A stretch of DNA of 63,063 nucleotides, the filler included. It is 3 parts of 3 records of this genome, joined end to end, with 100 filler letters (N's around TTAATTAATTAA, not from the genome) between each part and the next. Parts side by side here need not be neighbours in the genome. Positions count along the whole stretch, not along the records: positions 49,049 to 63,063 come from SRR20825006_965; 2 more parts are not named here. One strand, written 5' to 3'. The position numbers were made by a program, and so were the translations under genes. Under the pieces are notes generated by a model. It saw only the letters and a list, made by a program, of their open reading frames with translations. It made no database searches and was not told the DNA's origin. Positions within the stretch are counted from its first letter, which is position 1. Each line of letters opens with the position of its first letter. Shown here piece by piece: positions 60,662-63,063 of the stretch.

Positions 60662-61309
60662 ATGGCAACACTTCAGGCAGGGATCATCCCCGTCACACCA
60701 CTGCAGCAGAATTGTACGATTTTATTCGATCCTGAAACGCGTGACGGTGTGATTGTCGATCCCGGCGGCGATGTCGAGGTCATCACTCAGACAGTGGATG
60801 AGAACGGCCTGAAACTTCTGGCGATCTGGTTGACCCATGGTCATCTTGATCATGCCGGTGGCGCGATGGACCTGAAGGCTGAACTGGGGCTGGAAATAGT
60901 AGGCCCGCATGAGGATGACAGGTTTCTGCTCGAGAACATCGAGGCAAGCGCTGAACAGTTCGGTATGGCCGGAATGGTTAAAAATGCCAGTCCGGATCGC
61001 TTCCTCAAAGAAGGCGAAGTGCTATCGTTCGGAGCGCACGAATTCGAAGTGTTCCACTGTCCGGGCCACGCGCCGGGGCATGTGATTTTCTATAACCGGG
61101 CGCAGAAATTTGCCCATCTGGGTGACGTTTTGTTCAGCGGCTCGATTGGCCGGACCGATCTGCCGGGCGGTGATCATCAGGCGCTGCTGGATTCCATTCG
61201 CGACAAGGTTCTGCCGCTGGGCGATGATGTCGGATTTATCTGTGGTCACGGTCCGGGCGGTCGGATCGGTGAGGAGCGGCGAACAAATCCGTTTCTCAAA
61301 GGCTTGTAA
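60662..61309 (+). CDS. MBL-fold metallo-hydrolase (YcbL/GloC-like)
   Basis: THGHLDHAGG, PGHAPGH, GDVLFSGSIGRTD and GHGP motifs. Confidence 0.92.
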   Translation: MATLQAGIIPVTPLQQNCTILFDPETRDGVIVDPGGDVEVITQTVDENGLKLLAIWLTHGHLDHAGGAMDLKAELGLEIVGPHEDDRFLLENIEASAEQFGMAGMVKNASPDRFLKEGEVLSFGAHEFEVFHCPGHAPGHVIFYNRAQKFAHLGDVLFSGSIGRTDLPGGDHQALLDSIRDKVLPLGDDVGFICGHGPGGRIGEERRTNPFLKGL

Positions 61310-61645
61310 GCGCAGGCCGTCATGCTCCGGATGAAACGTATTCCTGTGTAAATGATGCGGGCGGGCAGACGGAACTGCCCTGCCGATACGTGCGAATTCC
61401 CCGGCGGCCATATGACGCCCGTCGTGGTACCGACTGCGGCGTTCTGAAGGGCGCGTAAAGAAAACAGGTCTGCCCCGCGCATGAGCGGAGCAGGGCGATC
61501 CGGGCTTTTCCGGACATGGTTGCACCGAAGCAGGTCTGGCGTTCGGCTGCATTCCGGGTTGCATTCATAAAAGCGATGCAGCGCACCGCTTTCGTTCCGG
61601 ATCAGCCTGAAATGTCGCAAGCCTTACTGCGCCGCTGTGATTAAG

Positions 61646-61861
61646 TCAGTCCGTAATCTGAAGGTTGACAGCCTTCGGACCCTTGCCGCGGCGATCCGGC
61701 TCTGTATCGTAGCTGACCTTCTGGTTCTCGGCCAGGTCGGTAAGGCCGGAGGCTTGAACAGCGGAGATATGCACGAAGATATCCGCGCTGCCGTTGTCTG
61801 GCTTGATGAAGCCATAGCCTTTGTCGGTATTGAAGAATTTAACGGTGCCAGTTTCGGCCAT
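61646..61861 (-). CDS. cspA: Cold-shock protein
   Basis: GTVKFFN..KGYGFI (RNP1) and DIFVHISA (RNP2); AAGGA RBS upstream. Confidence 0.93.
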   Translation of the reverse strand: MAETGTVKFFNTDKGYGFIKPDNGSADIFVHISAVQASGLTDLAENQKVSYDTEPDRRGKGPKAVNLQITD

Positions 61862-62380
61862 GCTATTAGGTCCTTTTCTCACCACCCGATTTCCATCCCT
61901 GATGATCGAGCGGAACAGTCTAGTGCTAAGTTGCCTCTGTCGAGACAGCGCAGGCAGTTCTCGATGTATGAGGAAAGGTACCTTTTACCGCGGCTGAATT
62001 TTGCCTGGAGCGCGATCGCAGGCCAAATCCATTTTAAAAAACCGCTCGGAAATTTAGCGTTCCCGACGCGCATAAGATTATATGGTCTTCCCGTGCTCGC
62101 AAAATGCCCGAACACGCAAACAATGGTGCGTTTTCAGCACTTTTGCAAGAGAAACTTTGAAAAGCGTGACTTCACTTCTTGTTTTATTACATGGCGGTTT
62201 GCGAAGATATGAAGATCAAGAAGAGTTTTCCGGGAAATACTCACACTTCTTGCCGTGGCTGTTGGTTTCATGCCTGCACTGCCGGAAGTGGCGTTTTTGC
62301 ACTTATATCATGTTTACGATGATGTGGTTTCACTTGATCGGGAATGACACAAACAAAAGTGTTTGCTGCACTGTGCACGC

Positions 62381-62406
62381 AAAAAAGGCGGCTCGAGCCG
62401 CCTTTT
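62381..62406. terminator. Intrinsic terminator after gpmA, possibly bidirectional
   Basis: AAAAGGCGGC-tcga-GCCGCCTTTT perfect palindrome. Confidence 0.8.
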
Positions 62407-62436
62407 CATCAGACCGGAAATACCGGAAAATGCGTA

Positions 62437-63063
62437 TCAGTGCGCGCCTGACATGTCACCGAGGACTTTCTTGTCTGCGACTGTGGAATCAGCGTTCAGC
62501 GTGTAGACCATCGGTACGCCGGTTGCCAGATTGAGCTTCAGGATTTCTTCCTGACTCAGGCGGTCCAGTACCATGACCAGCGCACGCAGCGAATTTCCAT
62601 GGGCGGCGACCAGAACCTTCTCACCACGAAGCACACGCGGCAGAATATCTGTCATGTAGTAGGGCCAGACGCGAGCACCGGTATCCTTCAGGCTTTCGCC
62701 GCCGGGCGGGGGAACGTCATAGGAACGGCGCCAGATATGGACCTGTTCCTCTCCCCATTTTTCGCGAGCGTCGTCCTTGTTGAGCCCTGCCAGATCGCCA
62801 TAGTCGCGTTCGTTCAGTGCCTGATCCTTGATGGTTTCAAGGCCACTCTGCCCGATCTGTTCAAGCACCAGGTTGCAGGTGTGCTGCGCGCGGGTGAGCA
62901 CCGAGGTGAAAGCAATATCGAACTGGATGCCGGTTTCAGCCAGCGCCTTGCCGCCTGCTGTGGCTTCCTTGATGCCAAGCTCGGTCAGGTCCGGATCTTT
63001 CCAGCCGGTGAAAAGGTTTTTGAGGTTCCATTCGCTTTGGCCGTGACGGACCAGAACCAGTGT
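62437..63063 (-). CDS. gpmA: 2,3-bisphosphoglycerate-dependent phosphoglycerate mutase (start lies just beyond window end)
   Basis: Manual translation from the window end: [31 protein letters not shown] and AHGNSLRAL. Confidence 0.96.
   Translation of the reverse strand, partial: TLVLVRHGQSEWNLKNLFTGWKDPDLTELGIKEATAGGKALAETGIQFDIAFTSVLTRAQHTCNLVLEQIGQSGLETIKDQALNERDYGDLAGLNKDDAREKWGEEQVHIWRRSYDVPPPGGESLKDTGARVWPYYMTDILPRVLRGEKVLVAAHGNSLRALVMVLDRLSQEEILKLNLATGVPMVYTLNADSTVADKKVLGDMSGAH

Noticed and set aside
62082-62534. 150-aa plus-strand ORF (and 61637-62212)
   Set aside because: They run through a terminator and overlap gpmA or csp antisense; no recognisable motifs

Overview
This window is not one continuous locus. 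It is three unrelated contigs joined by two 100-nt artificial linkers (N-runs around TTAATTAATTAA at 24320-24419 and 48949-49048), so nothing can be linked across them. Contig 1 (1-24319) is gammaproteobacterial housekeeping DNA: ftsH(partial)-rlmE-DUF4149-greA-carB-carA, hemB-aroE, 6S RNA-zapA-zapB-like, ygfB-pepP-ubiH-ubiI-like, rhlB/trxA, then uvrD and a mixed operon ending in a truncated DEAD-box helicase. Contig 2 (24420-48948) is AT-rich Bacteroidota (Flavobacteriaceae-like) DNA. It holds a polysaccharide utilization locus (FG-GAP/ASPIC lipoprotein, SusD, SusC, AraC regulator, MFS sugar porter, DUF5107-TPR protein, two GH2-like enzymes, one GH92) beside a frameshifted tyrosine integrase and the 3' end of a probable tRNA-Pro, which suggests an integrated island. 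Contig 3 (49049-63063) is alphaproteobacterial (Rhizobiales-like) core DNA: prs, lipoprotein, M24-fold hydrolase, pgeF, MidA-like methyltransferase, lgt, ubiK-like, ybjN-like, proC, csaA, MarR-OmpR-EnvZ-like module, MBL hydrolase, cold-shock protein, gpmA. The best candidate for an undescribed system is the contig 2 PUL. It has only exo-type CAZymes, two large proteins of unknown function, and a 21-bp-spaced direct-repeat operator that recurs at the same position in its three catabolic promoters and probably binds the AraC protein. Taxonomy and family assignments are from motif recognition only; no searches were run.
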